NCBI GenBank assembly: GCA_964640175.1 | Contig: CAZXFW010000001.1 | Span: 160,460-224,459 of the forward strand | Direction of reading: 5' to 3' | Origin: an uncultured Polyangiales bacterium | Lineage (GTDB): Bacteria; Myxococcota_A; Polyangia; Polyangiales; GCA-016699535 | Length of the DNA: 64,000 nucleotides | In this document: one piece after another, positions 20,145 through 29,245 of the stretch | Position numbering within the stretch: position 1 is the first letter of the stretch | Layout of the letters: every line of letters starts with the position of its first letter | The notes under the pieces: generated by a model | Databases searched by the model: none | What the model was told of the DNA's origin: nothing | The model's input: only the letters and a program-made list of their open reading frames with translations | Made by a program: the position numbers and the translations under genes

Positions 20145-21078
20145 ATTGTCGTAAACGATATTGACGTTCTGCATAGGCAGCATCATCAATCCATAGTCGT
20201 TTAGCAGAGCGAGCGATCCAAGGTCGCATAAGTTTAGCCGCTTTCGTGGCTAGCTTGAATCCAAATCGTTCTGAAGTGGCCAACGTGGCTTCTATAATGG
20301 CTGTTCGTCCTGCATCAATAGGTGTGGCATGGGTTTCAACCACAGAGCCGGTGCCTTCTCCATCGACAATTGTCATGACGATGGTACGAGGTTCAGGTGA
20401 GTGAAAACGTGCGTCAACCTCGACACTGATTGGGCCAAGTACACGGTATGCGACTCGTACGGTGATGGAATCTTGAGTTTTTGCAATTACGTTGAGTCGG
20501 GAAAAAGAATGGGGATGAAAATACACGCCGTGCCACGGATCCAGTCGATTGGCGATAACATCTTGGGGTTCACAAGAGGCTTCAAGGCGAATCACAGCAT
20601 CCACAAACTGAGAGGGTCGTTGTGTGAGGACAGGCTGAGATGTTAATGGTTCGGTAGTAGTGTCATCAAGTCGTACCCATAACAACACACCATCATCAAA
20701 GCTTAAAAACGGTTTCCATGAACCGTGCCCGTTAGGTCCAAGTCCTAACCCATGCCATGGGCAGCGCAATTGATTGTCAATCACCTTTCCGCACGAAAGA
20801 GAAGCGCCCATGTGAGGACAAGCATCAGGAGCTACCCAGAATCGATTGTCTGCGCGCCATACAACAAGATCACGGCCACATAAGCGATACAGTTTAGGCA
20901 GATCGCCAATAGCACGACAGCCGTCTACCACAAACCATCCGCCAGCTGGGCGCTCTATCGCACGATGCAGCGCTTGTTCGATATGCTTAGGGTTGGCTTG
21001 AGCCCAATCGGGGCGAGATTCGATGGAGGAATCTGTCGTCGATTTCGGTATTCGACCAATCGTCCATACGCGGTTCAT
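20137..21078 (-). CDS. Rieske [2Fe-2S] non-haem-iron oxygenase-like protein
   Basis: Rieske motif CPHMG...CPWHG, plus a downstream D-x2-H-x4-H motif (DPWHGVYFH) resembling the mononuclear-iron site of PAO/Tic55-type oxygenases. Confidence 0.75.
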   Translation of the reverse strand: MNRVWTIGRIPKSTTDSSIESRPDWAQANPKHIEQALHRAIERPAGGWFVVDGCRAIGDLPKLYRLCGRDLVVWRADNRFWVAPDACPHMGASLSCGKVIDNQLRCPWHGLGLGPNGHGSWKPFLSFDDGVLLWVRLDDTTTEPLTSQPVLTQRPSQFVDAVIRLEASCEPQDVIANRLDPWHGVYFHPHSFSRLNVIAKTQDSITVRVAYRVLGPISVEVDARFHSPEPRTIVMTIVDGEGTGSVVETHATPIDAGRTAIIEATLATSERFGFKLATKAAKLMRPWIARSAKRLWIDDAAYAERQYRLRQSS

Positions 21079-22829
21079 TAACGTTGTAAAGCGCTATGTG
21101 CGATCTTGCGCACTGCAGTGTTATCGTCTTCAGTTGCAGCGAGTAATACACTTTCAAAGCGCTTACGATCTAACTTCGCCATGGCATCAACCGCATAAAA
21201 CCGTACGACTGCATGAGGCGAACGAAAGTCAGCTTCCAGTTGTTGAGCGATATCGTTTCGTATTTGATCGTTTTTATGTTTGCGAAATCGCTCTACAAGG
21301 TCGTCATAGAACTCAGCACTGGGCAGCGTTTCGTTTTCTTTTTTTGATTTTCCTTTTTTGGCTGGGCCAGAACGAGCAGTGGCTTTTGCCTTTTCGCCTC
21401 CTTTACCTGTAGGTGTTACCGTGTGCTGTTCTTCGGAACCATGCATAGGTAAAGGTGGTGGAGATGAAATCGGACGGCGTGCAGGGGGAGGAAACCCTGT
21501 AGGCGAATGGTACGATCCTACAATAGGCATGGCAGGTTGACTATGGCTTGGTTGAGCCGGAGGAAATCCTGATGGCGAAGGCGTAGTGGTAGCGGTTGTT
21601 GGGCGGCGTGGATTGGGAGCGCCGGGCAGTGTGTTAATCATTTCTGGATTACGTACCCGTCCTCTTTCTGCGACTCGTCGTCTAGCGCCGCGGCCAAACA
21701 AGTCGAAAGATTCGATTTCTCCCAATTCCAACACAGGAAGGCTTTCATGAAGCTTGTCACTAAGGATCTTTCCTTCATCCCTTGCGCGATTTACCACATC
21801 TTGAATATGAGCGGGTAAAGCACGCGATACCGCAATCAATCTTAATGTTGAAGGTACCGAAGGATTGCTCAGTTGATAAATACCTACATCAATGGCAGCA
21901 CCGCGAGTTAAGTGTTTTAGTTCTTCGTTGAGCTGGTTGAACATAGCCATCGGTGTTTCTGCCAACACGGCCTCAGGTGTTTCAACGATTAAAGCCAAAT
22001 GGGATAGATGGGCTGGGTCAAATCCTGCTGGCATCAAATGACTTGCACTAAGGCTTTGTCGAACTAAATCAACAATATGAGCTGTATCCAGATGGGCTAC
22101 TTTGCTTTGAACAGTTTCGTAGTGAATGATGCCGCCTGCTAATAGCACTTTTCGAAAGTCTTCACCGTCGAATGCTCGAATCGCGTGTGTATCACTTCGT
22201 TCATTAAGTCGATTGAGTCTATCCAAGGGGTCGATGATGTGTTGATTGACCAACGTAAAATAATTTCGCGCGGCAGCGCTCTGATTGTGTAAAGCCAGCT
22301 GTGCGTTATCAATTAAGATCCAACCATCTAGAGCGCTTTCTAAGAGTTCATTGATAGCTCTTACAGCATTAACTTTGGCAATGCCGCTTTCACTATCCAT
22401 GGGAAGCGTCACTAAACACACAATGGGGATTGTAATTTCGCTAATGATTTTAATTAGCTCACGTACGGAAGAGCCTGTTCCACCACCAAGGCCTGCGGTT
22501 ACAACAATCACATCAGCGTCGGCGGTATGCTGACGCGCATGTTTGAGAATAAGCTCTGCGTTTTCGGCGATGCAACTACGACCATAGTCGGGATCGGCAC
22601 CGGCGCCATCGTAGCCGGCCATACCAATGTACACTCGTTCGTGATCTTCTAGGCCAGGTGATCCCCATTCGGTACCAAGCGCCGTTAAGTCAGTGCGGGC
22701 AGTATTGAAGGCTAACGCAGGGTAACCACGACGTTTTAGCTCAGCTGCTAGGTTGCCGCCGGCCTGGCCCAGACCAATCACTCGAATATCCAACGCTCGT
22801 CCTTGTAGTGCCACAGTGTTCTCCACCAT
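21078..22829 (-). CDS. divergent tubulin/FtsZ-superfamily GTPase with Pro-rich linker and HEAT-like C-terminus
   Basis: IRVIGLGQAGGN (FtsZ G1-like), tubulin signature AGLGGGTGSS, and LIDNAQL (FtsZ NDxL-like). These are followed by an approximately 90-aa P/S/T-rich region, a K-rich patch and a terminal HEAT-like repeat (DDNTAVRKIAHSAL). Confidence 0.65.
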   Translation of the reverse strand: MVENTVALQGRALDIRVIGLGQAGGNLAAELKRRGYPALAFNTARTDLTALGTEWGSPGLEDHERVYIGMAGYDGAGADPDYGRSCIAENAELILKHARQHTADADVIVVTAGLGGGTGSSVRELIKIISEITIPIVCLVTLPMDSESGIAKVNAVRAINELLESALDGWILIDNAQLALHNQSAAARNYFTLVNQHIIDPLDRLNRLNERSDTHAIRAFDGEDFRKVLLAGGIIHYETVQSKVAHLDTAHIVDLVRQSLSASHLMPAGFDPAHLSHLALIVETPEAVLAETPMAMFNQLNEELKHLTRGAAIDVGIYQLSNPSVPSTLRLIAVSRALPAHIQDVVNRARDEGKILSDKLHESLPVLELGEIESFDLFGRGARRRVAERGRVRNPEMINTLPGAPNPRRPTTATTTPSPSGFPPAQPSHSQPAMPIVGSYHSPTGFPPPARRPISSPPPLPMHGSEEQHTVTPTGKGGEKAKATARSGPAKKGKSKKENETLPSAEFYDDLVERFRKHKNDQIRNDIAQQLEADFRSPHAVVRFYAVDAMAKLDRKRFESVLLAATEDDNTAVRKIAHSALQR

Positions 22830-22889
22830 TTCCCGGGTTAATGTTTTTTACAAGCATAGCGCGAAGAGGCGTGTTATACACGGTAAATA

Positions 22890-24413
22890 TTGACCATTTT
22901 ATCCGTATGTCTTCGGGGTGCGAATTCACGTTGCGGTTTTGCACGAGGAGTTGAGCGCTGTGTTTTGGGGGGTTGTCTAGGCCTTATGCTCCTCACTGCG
23001 AACGGCTGTGGTGATGATAAAGAAAAGCATTGCCGTTATCCGCTTGATCCGGCCCACCAGGAAGGGGAAACCGTAGAGTGCGTCGATCTTAAAGTGCCAA
23101 ATCGGTGGGATAACCCGAATGGGTCTACCATGAACCTTCATCTTGCCGTATTTCGTGCCGATCCTGAAGCTCCAACGCCGCGCGCATGGTTATGGCTATT
23201 AGGTGGGCCAGGACAATCCTGGGCCACGAGTACTGAGATATTTTCGCCCGAGGTTATCCAAAACATTGGTCAAGATTTGATTATCCTGGATCAACGTGGA
23301 GTTGGGTTTAACTCTCCAAAACTGGATTGTTCTGACACAAAAGTTCCAGACCAGAGTTCCATCCAAACGTACATTGAAAAGTGTGTCGAAGACTTGCGTC
23401 GCGAGGGTGTGGTTATTGAGGGATATACCACATGGGAGATGGCCCGCGATATCGAAGCTGCACGCACACAGTTTGGTTATGAATCGTTGGATTTGCTCGG
23501 AGTCTCTTACGGCACGCGTTTGGCTTTGGAGTATTTGCGACTGTTTCCCAAAACCAGTCACACCGTGGCGCTGGATTCAGTATGGCCACCACAGTATCGC
23601 TTGTTTGAAACTTCCCTCGTTGCACGTAATGAAGCTGTAGATGAGCTTTTTGCGGCATGTGATGGAGATGACCAATGTCAAGAGGATTTTCCTGATCTCG
23701 AAACGCAATTTGAATCCGTGTATTCAGAACTTGAAGCAAAGCCGTTGGGCATGGACGATGATTCCATGGATGGTGATTCCTTCGTCGGGTTACTCGTTTC
23801 AACGATTTTATCGTTTTATCCTCCTGTGGCACCGGCTGTGATTTACGAGATGGCTGAAGCAATCGAAAAGAGCCAAGAAGAAGTTCCCTCCGACATTAAA
23901 TTATTGTTTGAGAAATTTAATGTGAGTCTGGATGAATCCGGAGGAGACGAATTATTGATCTCTGTCACGTGTGCAGAAAATCAAGATATATCGCTTGAAG
24001 AGATCCAAGCCAAACGAGACGTCGTTAGGCCTTCATTGCACGGTCTTGCAGGAGTAATTGAAGATTTACTTTATCCTGCGTGTCTAGGGTGGCCTTCGGT
24101 TCCGGTGCCCGACAATGCGTTTGATCCAGTGGTTAATTCAGATGTTCCGGTGTTGATGATGAGTGGAAGGCTAGATCCTCGAACCCCTGTGAGTTGGGCT
24201 CTTGAAAATCGCCAATATTTGGCCAAGTACAATCATGTAATTTTAGAGCATCAGGGACACAGTGTATCTACGAAAGCCGATGGGTGCTTGTTTCGGTATG
24301 CGTTGCAGTTTATGAAGGCAGGTGTTCCTCCGGAGGATTACGAGTGTGATGCTTCGCTTGACCCAGAGTTTTTTGGCTCGGTAAGCGAAGGGCTTGCAGC
24401 GTTAGGGAATTAA
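22890..24413 (+). CDS. secreted alpha/beta-hydrolase (tripeptidyl-aminopeptidase-like) lipoprotein
   Basis: Lipobox LLTANGC, GGPG oxyanion region (LLGGPGQS), nucleophile elbow GVSYGT, and a C-terminal H in EHQGHS. Confidence 0.7.
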   Translation: MTILSVCLRGANSRCGFARGVERCVLGGCLGLMLLTANGCGDDKEKHCRYPLDPAHQEGETVECVDLKVPNRWDNPNGSTMNLHLAVFRADPEAPTPRAWLWLLGGPGQSWATSTEIFSPEVIQNIGQDLIILDQRGVGFNSPKLDCSDTKVPDQSSIQTYIEKCVEDLRREGVVIEGYTTWEMARDIEAARTQFGYESLDLLGVSYGTRLALEYLRLFPKTSHTVALDSVWPPQYRLFETSLVARNEAVDELFAACDGDDQCQEDFPDLETQFESVYSELEAKPLGMDDDSMDGDSFVGLLVSTILSFYPPVAPAVIYEMAEAIEKSQEEVPSDIKLLFEKFNVSLDESGGDELLISVTCAENQDISLEEIQAKRDVVRPSLHGLAGVIEDLLYPACLGWPSVPVPDNAFDPVVNSDVPVLMMSGRLDPRTPVSWALENRQYLAKYNHVILEHQGHSVSTKADGCLFRYALQFMKAGVPPEDYECDASLDPEFFGSVSEGLAALGN

Positions 24414-25582
24414 TGGAGTAAGCGCATGCTTTTGATGGTTTGCATGGCAAAAGGAAGCATGGGCAGGGCTTTCATGATCTTGGATGCGTCTATGATAGAT
24501 CCATGATCTGTCAAAAACCGTACGAGCGTATCTGTTGAAACACCACAAAATAACTTCATGAAAATCTCAGGGCCTTGAGCAGGATGTTCTTTGAGGTAGT
24601 TTAAAAACACCCGGTCTAAAAACCGATTCAAAGGTCTACGTATCGTAGGGACACGGTAGATTTTTTCGAAAAATGGTTGTTGAGCCAGCTGATGGCTAAA
24701 CTCTTGAATGGCTAAAAACGCATAGCCTGTGGAAGGTTTTGCGAGGCCACCTCGGATTCCAATCGGAATCACACGTGCCGTTGCATGAGGGGCCAGCTGC
24801 TCGGTCGTCATGGGAATTTTTCCGTGTTCGTCCCAAATCACATCCCAGTGGGTTATCTCATAGTGAGTACAAAGATACCTATCAATGGAAGTAAGATAAC
24901 TTTCGTGCGGTAAGGTTGCTTCACTCATGTACGTATCTTCGACAAGCGCATGGTGCGGATCGAATGGCAACAGGTACATGAAATGGATGCCATGACTTTG
25001 ATCGACGCGAAAGTCCATGAGTGTGGCTGCGCTGGGATCGAAAACAGGTTTTTCACTACGAATGTATTGGCCATAAAAATGTTGATACAGTCTGATTTCT
25101 CCAGGAGGCAAACTGCCAAGTTCAGGGGGTCGGCTGTCGAATACATACAAAGCGCGGTAGCGTTGATTGGATGTGTGAAGGGTGACGCAGGCTTCGTGTT
25201 CCTGCAGAGAGAGTAGAGTTTCCCCAAGCTTTATCGTTACGCGTGGATCGCGGCTGAGCTGCTCCAAGGCAGAACGGTAAAACATGCCAGAATCGACATA
25301 ATTATAGTCATAAACATGACTCATATGTCGTTTTTCATACCCATCAATAGACACTGCAGTCCACTTGTTCCAGCGGTGTGTCACTGCGTTTTCAAAGGGA
25401 TGGGTGGCCATGTTCCAATAACACCAGCTTCGATCTCTGACATAGGCTGTGCGGGGTTCCAGGATGATCATGCGGTGCATGGGCAATGTGCGTTGACGCA
25501 ACAAATGGACTGCTAGACTCAGTCCTGCACAACCACCGCCTACTATTGCAATATCGACGTCTTCATACGAAGCCGTATGCAC
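24410..25582 (-). CDS. crtY: lycopene cyclase family protein
   Basis: 390 aa. N-terminal DIAIVGGGCAGLSLA, then RSWCYW, FMYLLP...LVEDTY and GGLAKPSTGYAF blocks paralleling CrtY. Confidence 0.8.
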   Translation of the reverse strand: MHTASYEDVDIAIVGGGCAGLSLAVHLLRQRTLPMHRMIILEPRTAYVRDRSWCYWNMATHPFENAVTHRWNKWTAVSIDGYEKRHMSHVYDYNYVDSGMFYRSALEQLSRDPRVTIKLGETLLSLQEHEACVTLHTSNQRYRALYVFDSRPPELGSLPPGEIRLYQHFYGQYIRSEKPVFDPSAATLMDFRVDQSHGIHFMYLLPFDPHHALVEDTYMSEATLPHESYLTSIDRYLCTHYEITHWDVIWDEHGKIPMTTEQLAPHATARVIPIGIRGGLAKPSTGYAFLAIQEFSHQLAQQPFFEKIYRVPTIRRPLNRFLDRVFLNYLKEHPAQGPEIFMKLFCGVSTDTLVRFLTDHGSIIDASKIMKALPMLPFAMQTIKSMRLLH

Positions 25583-25587
25583 GAGTG

Positions 25588-26898
25588 TTAATGCTTTCCT
25601 GAATGTACCAGCTTCATTAACGCAGCGATGGTTTGTGTAACATCGCTTTGCTCGTGAGAGTCCTGTCGCAAAAAAGCTTCAATGGCCTCCATACGATGGA
25701 TAGCATCGTCTAACATTAAATTGTGACCAGGCTTATAGGCGCCTAACACAACCATGTCGCGATGAGTTTCATAGGTAGCAATAATTTCTCGCAACTGTTG
25801 TGCTGCGTTACGATGCTCAACTGTCACGAGACGATCCATCACACGTGACAAGCTGTGTAACACGTCAATTGCAGGATAACGTCCGCGCATGCCTAGTTGT
25901 CTGTCTAAGACAATATGACCATCTAGAATGGCGCGTACCTCATCTGCAATAGGTTCATCCATGTCACCACCTTCTACAAGGACGGTGTAGAACGCTGTAA
26001 TTGAACCGTGTTCTGCATTTCCAGTGCGTTCCAATAACGCAGGTAGTGCAGCAAATACACTGGGCGGATAGCCTCGCCTGGTAGGCGGTTCTCCTGCAGC
26101 TAGACCAACTTCACGGGCTGCGCGAGCAAAACGCGTCACGCTATCCATGAGTAATGTAACCCGGTTTCCCTGCTCTCGAAACCACTCGGCGATGGACGTA
26201 GCAACATAGGCACTTTTAAAACGTGTTAATGCTGGTGCATCGCTACTCGCACACACAACAACACTGCGTTGCTGGCCTTGAGTGCCAAGAGTATCTTCAA
26301 TGAATTCGCGAATTTCACGGCCTCGCTCGCCTACAAGGCAAACCACACTGATGTCAGTTTCAGCTTGCCGTGCAATTTGTCCTAACAAACTGCTTTTGCC
26401 AGCACCGCTGCCTGCGAACACACCAATACGCTGACCGTGCCCAATGCTAAGTAAAGTGTCGATGCAACGAATACCCACAGAAAGCATGGTGTCAATGCGT
26501 TTGCGTCGTAACGCATTGGGAGGAGAACGCATGACATCCCAGCTTTCTCCTTGAATAGGGCGTTTGTCATCGATTGGCTGGCCTAACCCATCCAATACGC
26601 GACCTAAAAGCCTGGGGCCACAAGTAATGCGTAAGGGCTGACCCGTACTTCGTACAATATCGCCTGGTCCTACCCCTAATGTGGAGCCAAGAGGCATGAG
26701 TGTGGCACGCTCTTCCGTAAATGCCACGACCTCACATAGTAACGGTTGATCATCTTCACGCAACACCTCCACGCTATCGCCCAAACGTACGCCAGGAATG
26801 GTGGCACAAAGAGCTGGTCCAGCAGTGCTTTGTATTCTTCCCTGCACATGCAGCCCCTCGTGAGCTTCAAGCTTTTTTCGATAACGACTCAAATCCAT
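25588..26898 (-). CDS. FliI/YscN-family (type III secretion/flagellar) ATPase
   Basis: Walker A GSGAGKSSLLG, Walker B TLLMDSVTRFA, and the F1-beta-like RGYPPSVF motif. ATG 26898 (MDLSRYRKK...) is preferred over 26952. Confidence 0.85.
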   Translation of the reverse strand: MDLSRYRKKLEAHEGLHVQGRIQSTAGPALCATIPGVRLGDSVEVLREDDQPLLCEVVAFTEERATLMPLGSTLGVGPGDIVRSTGQPLRITCGPRLLGRVLDGLGQPIDDKRPIQGESWDVMRSPPNALRRKRIDTMLSVGIRCIDTLLSIGHGQRIGVFAGSGAGKSSLLGQIARQAETDISVVCLVGERGREIREFIEDTLGTQGQQRSVVVCASSDAPALTRFKSAYVATSIAEWFREQGNRVTLLMDSVTRFARAAREVGLAAGEPPTRRGYPPSVFAALPALLERTGNAEHGSITAFYTVLVEGGDMDEPIADEVRAILDGHIVLDRQLGMRGRYPAIDVLHSLSRVMDRLVTVEHRNAAQQLREIIATYETHRDMVVLGAYKPGHNLMLDDAIHRMEAIEAFLRQDSHEQSDVTQTIAALMKLVHSGKH

Positions 26899-27055
26899 CG
26901 CATGGAAGAATACCAGTAAGATAATTAAAAGACACCACTGATACCCGTGCAATGATTCTAAAAAGCAGCACTGGTAATTAGCAAATCGACTTTACCAAAT
27001 TCGTCAAGAGTGTATTTGACGGCATTCTCACATGCTGCATACCTTTGACCTTCAC

Positions 27056-27072
27056 TTGGCATGGTTGCTGCA
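27056..27072 (+). promoter_or_regulatory. sigma-54-type -24/-12 promoter candidate
   Basis: TTGGCATGGTTGCTGCA compared with the consensus YTGGCACG-N4-TTGCW, with GG and GC correctly spaced. An AAGGAGGG Shine-Dalgarno sequence and GTG 27102 follow. Confidence 0.45.
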
Positions 27073-27101
27073 TGTTCGTCTAAGCAAGGAGGGCGGAAGC
27101 C

Positions 27102-27500
27102 GTGAAGATATCGCAAATACTCGTGTTGTTTTTTATCCTGAATGGTTTCACGATTTCAGCATGTGCAAGGCCTTATGAAGGATACAAGCCTGCTACTGCT
27201 AAGGAAACAGCCAAGGCCCAGGAAACGACCATGGTCGGATCCATGGAGGAGCTTGTAGAAAATCCTGAACAAGTATCGAAGAACGACAAGCCTGCCTCGC
27301 GTCGAGACCAAACAAACCATTCAGGTGATGCTAACAGTAAGGACGTGACTGGCACGATGAGTAGGGGTGGTGCTCGAGAAAAAGCGCCATCCTCAAATAC
27401 GGATCGGGCACCGGGCATGATTACACCACCAAGCTCGAACACTTCCTCACTTCCTGTACCGCCGTCGGGAAGCGCTGGTGGTATTCCAGTTGGGCCATGA
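27102..27500 (+). CDS. small secreted low-complexity lipoprotein, unknown function
   Basis: Signal peptide with lipobox (FTISAC), then a K/E/S/P-rich, disordered-looking sequence. 132 aa. Confidence 0.45.
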   Translation: MKISQILVLFFILNGFTISACARPYEGYKPATAKETAKAQETTMVGSMEELVENPEQVSKNDKPASRRDQTNHSGDANSKDVTGTMSRGGAREKAPSSNTDRAPGMITPPSSNTSSLPVPPSGSAGGIPVGP

Positions 27501-27689
27501 GTGACGTATGTGATAGTGGAGGCAATTGTCCTCAAAAGTAGATAATTGCCTCACTTTCTAGAGGACACTGCACCCATTATCTCACCAGGTTCGTCTGCTT
27601 GACTTCCAAGCCACGCCAATCTTACATTCTTATTGGATTTCCAGCGTTTTGTGTAGTTGAGAGCGGTTGCTTGGGGGAAGGGCAGTGTC

Positions 27690-29048
27690 ATGAAAACGGA
27701 AGTATTGATCGTTGATGACGATAAGGATATGTGCGAGGCAATCCAAGCAGGCCTGTCCAGGTATGGCATGGAGACATACTGGTGCAACTCTGCAGAAGAG
27801 GCGCTCGTGTTGCTGCGGGAGCGAGATTACGATGTGATTTTGGCCGACCTCAATTTAGAGGAAATGAACGGTCTTGATCTGTGTAAACGTATTGTTGAAA
27901 ACAGACCTGATATTCCTGTCATTGTAATTACGGCATACGGCAGCATGGATTGGGCGATAGCAGCGATTCGGGCAGGCGCCTATGATTTCGTTAATAAACC
28001 GATAGAAATTGCAGCACTTGCTCACATTGTAGAGCGAGGCAAACAGCATCGGCATTTGCGAGAAGAGGTTAAACGTCTTCGAGAAAAAGCAGGAAACATC
28101 GATAATGGAGAGTTAATCGGAGAGAGTGCTGCAATCAAAAAAGTTTACGAAATGATTAGTCGGTTAAGCGATACTGACTCAACAGTTCTGATAACCGGTG
28201 AGAGTGGAACGGGAAAAGAATTAGTCGCACGGGCACTTCATGCGCACAGCCGGCGTGCAAACTTACCGTTTCTTCCTGTTAACTGTGCCGCAGTTCCAGC
28301 AAATCTTTTGGAAAGTGAAATGTTTGGACACGTTAAAGGTGCTTTTACCGATGCGTATGCCGATCGCAAAGGCTTGTTTGAGCAAGCCAATGGCGGCACT
28401 GTGCTGCTGGACGAAGTGGGTGAAATGCCCATGGAAATGCAGTCTAAGTTCTTGCGTATTTTGGAAGAACGCTCTGTACGTCCGATAGGTGGAGAAAAAG
28501 AGATTAGCTTTAACATCCGAATAGTTGCGTCTACAAATCGCGATTTGGAAACCGAAGTGGAAGAAAACCGGTTTCGCGAAGATCTGTATTATCGCCTCAA
28601 TGTAGTTCAAATCCATCTTCCGCCATTGCGTGCGCGCGGCAACGATATCTTACTGCTTGCACAACATTTCTTAAAGAAGATTGGTGCGAGGTTGCATAAA
28701 TCCGTTGAGGGAATTTCCAGCGAAGCTGCTCGAAAATTATTGGAATACGATTGGCCTGGCAATATTCGTCAGCTTCAAAACTCCATCGAACGTGCGGTGA
28801 CGCTAACGCAATTCAATCAAATTACAGTAGACGATTTACCTGATAAAATTAAACATTATGAAAGTAGCCGTATGGTTTTAGTGGACAGCGATGCTGAGCA
28901 TTTACTGACCTTGGAAGAGTTGGAAAAGCGTTATATCGAACGAGTACTTAAGGCAGTTGCAGGCAATAAAACCCAAGCAGCGAGTGTGTTGGGGATGGAT
29001 CGCCGTACACTGTACCGTAAGCTCGAACGGTATCAGGCGCTTTCCTAG
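27690..29048 (+). CDS. sigma-54-dependent response regulator (NtrC family bEBP)
   Basis: Receiver domain (VLIVDDD...ILADLNL), AAA+ core (GESGTGKE, GAFTDA loop, ESEMFGH) and a C-terminal Fis-type HTH (AASVLGMDRRTLYRKL). Confidence 0.9.
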   Translation: MKTEVLIVDDDKDMCEAIQAGLSRYGMETYWCNSAEEALVLLRERDYDVILADLNLEEMNGLDLCKRIVENRPDIPVIVITAYGSMDWAIAAIRAGAYDFVNKPIEIAALAHIVERGKQHRHLREEVKRLREKAGNIDNGELIGESAAIKKVYEMISRLSDTDSTVLITGESGTGKELVARALHAHSRRANLPFLPVNCAAVPANLLESEMFGHVKGAFTDAYADRKGLFEQANGGTVLLDEVGEMPMEMQSKFLRILEERSVRPIGGEKEISFNIRIVASTNRDLETEVEENRFREDLYYRLNVVQIHLPPLRARGNDILLLAQHFLKKIGARLHKSVEGISSEAARKLLEYDWPGNIRQLQNSIERAVTLTQFNQITVDDLPDKIKHYESSRMVLVDSDAEHLLTLEELEKRYIERVLKAVAGNKTQAASVLGMDRRTLYRKLERYQALS

Positions 29049-29122
29049 GTTATTTTAGACGCGAGGCTTAGAAAGCTGCAGTCATGAGTGTCCCTGGCTG
29101 GATGTGTCAAAACACCACACCT

Positions 29123-29137
29123 GATGCAATTTGCATC
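29123..29137. promoter_or_regulatory. perfect 7-1-7 inverted repeat, candidate enhancer (UAS)
   Basis: GATGCAA-T-TTGCATC, centred about 60 bp upstream of the -24 element at 29189. Confidence 0.3.
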
Positions 29138-29188
29138 TATAGATTGTAGGCGTATGTCTATAAATGAGGGATTTAAAAGTGACTCACA

Positions 29189-29204
29189 TGGCGCGATCAT
29201 TGCT
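29189..29204 (+). promoter_or_regulatory. sigma-54-type -24/-12 promoter candidate
   Basis: TGGCGCGATCATTGCT compared with TGGCACG-N4-TTGCW (one mismatch). It lies 42 bp upstream of ATG 29246. Confidence 0.55.
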
Positions 29205-29245
29205 TAGGTCTCAAGCACTAACTTTTTAATTGGGGAGTAAAAAGG

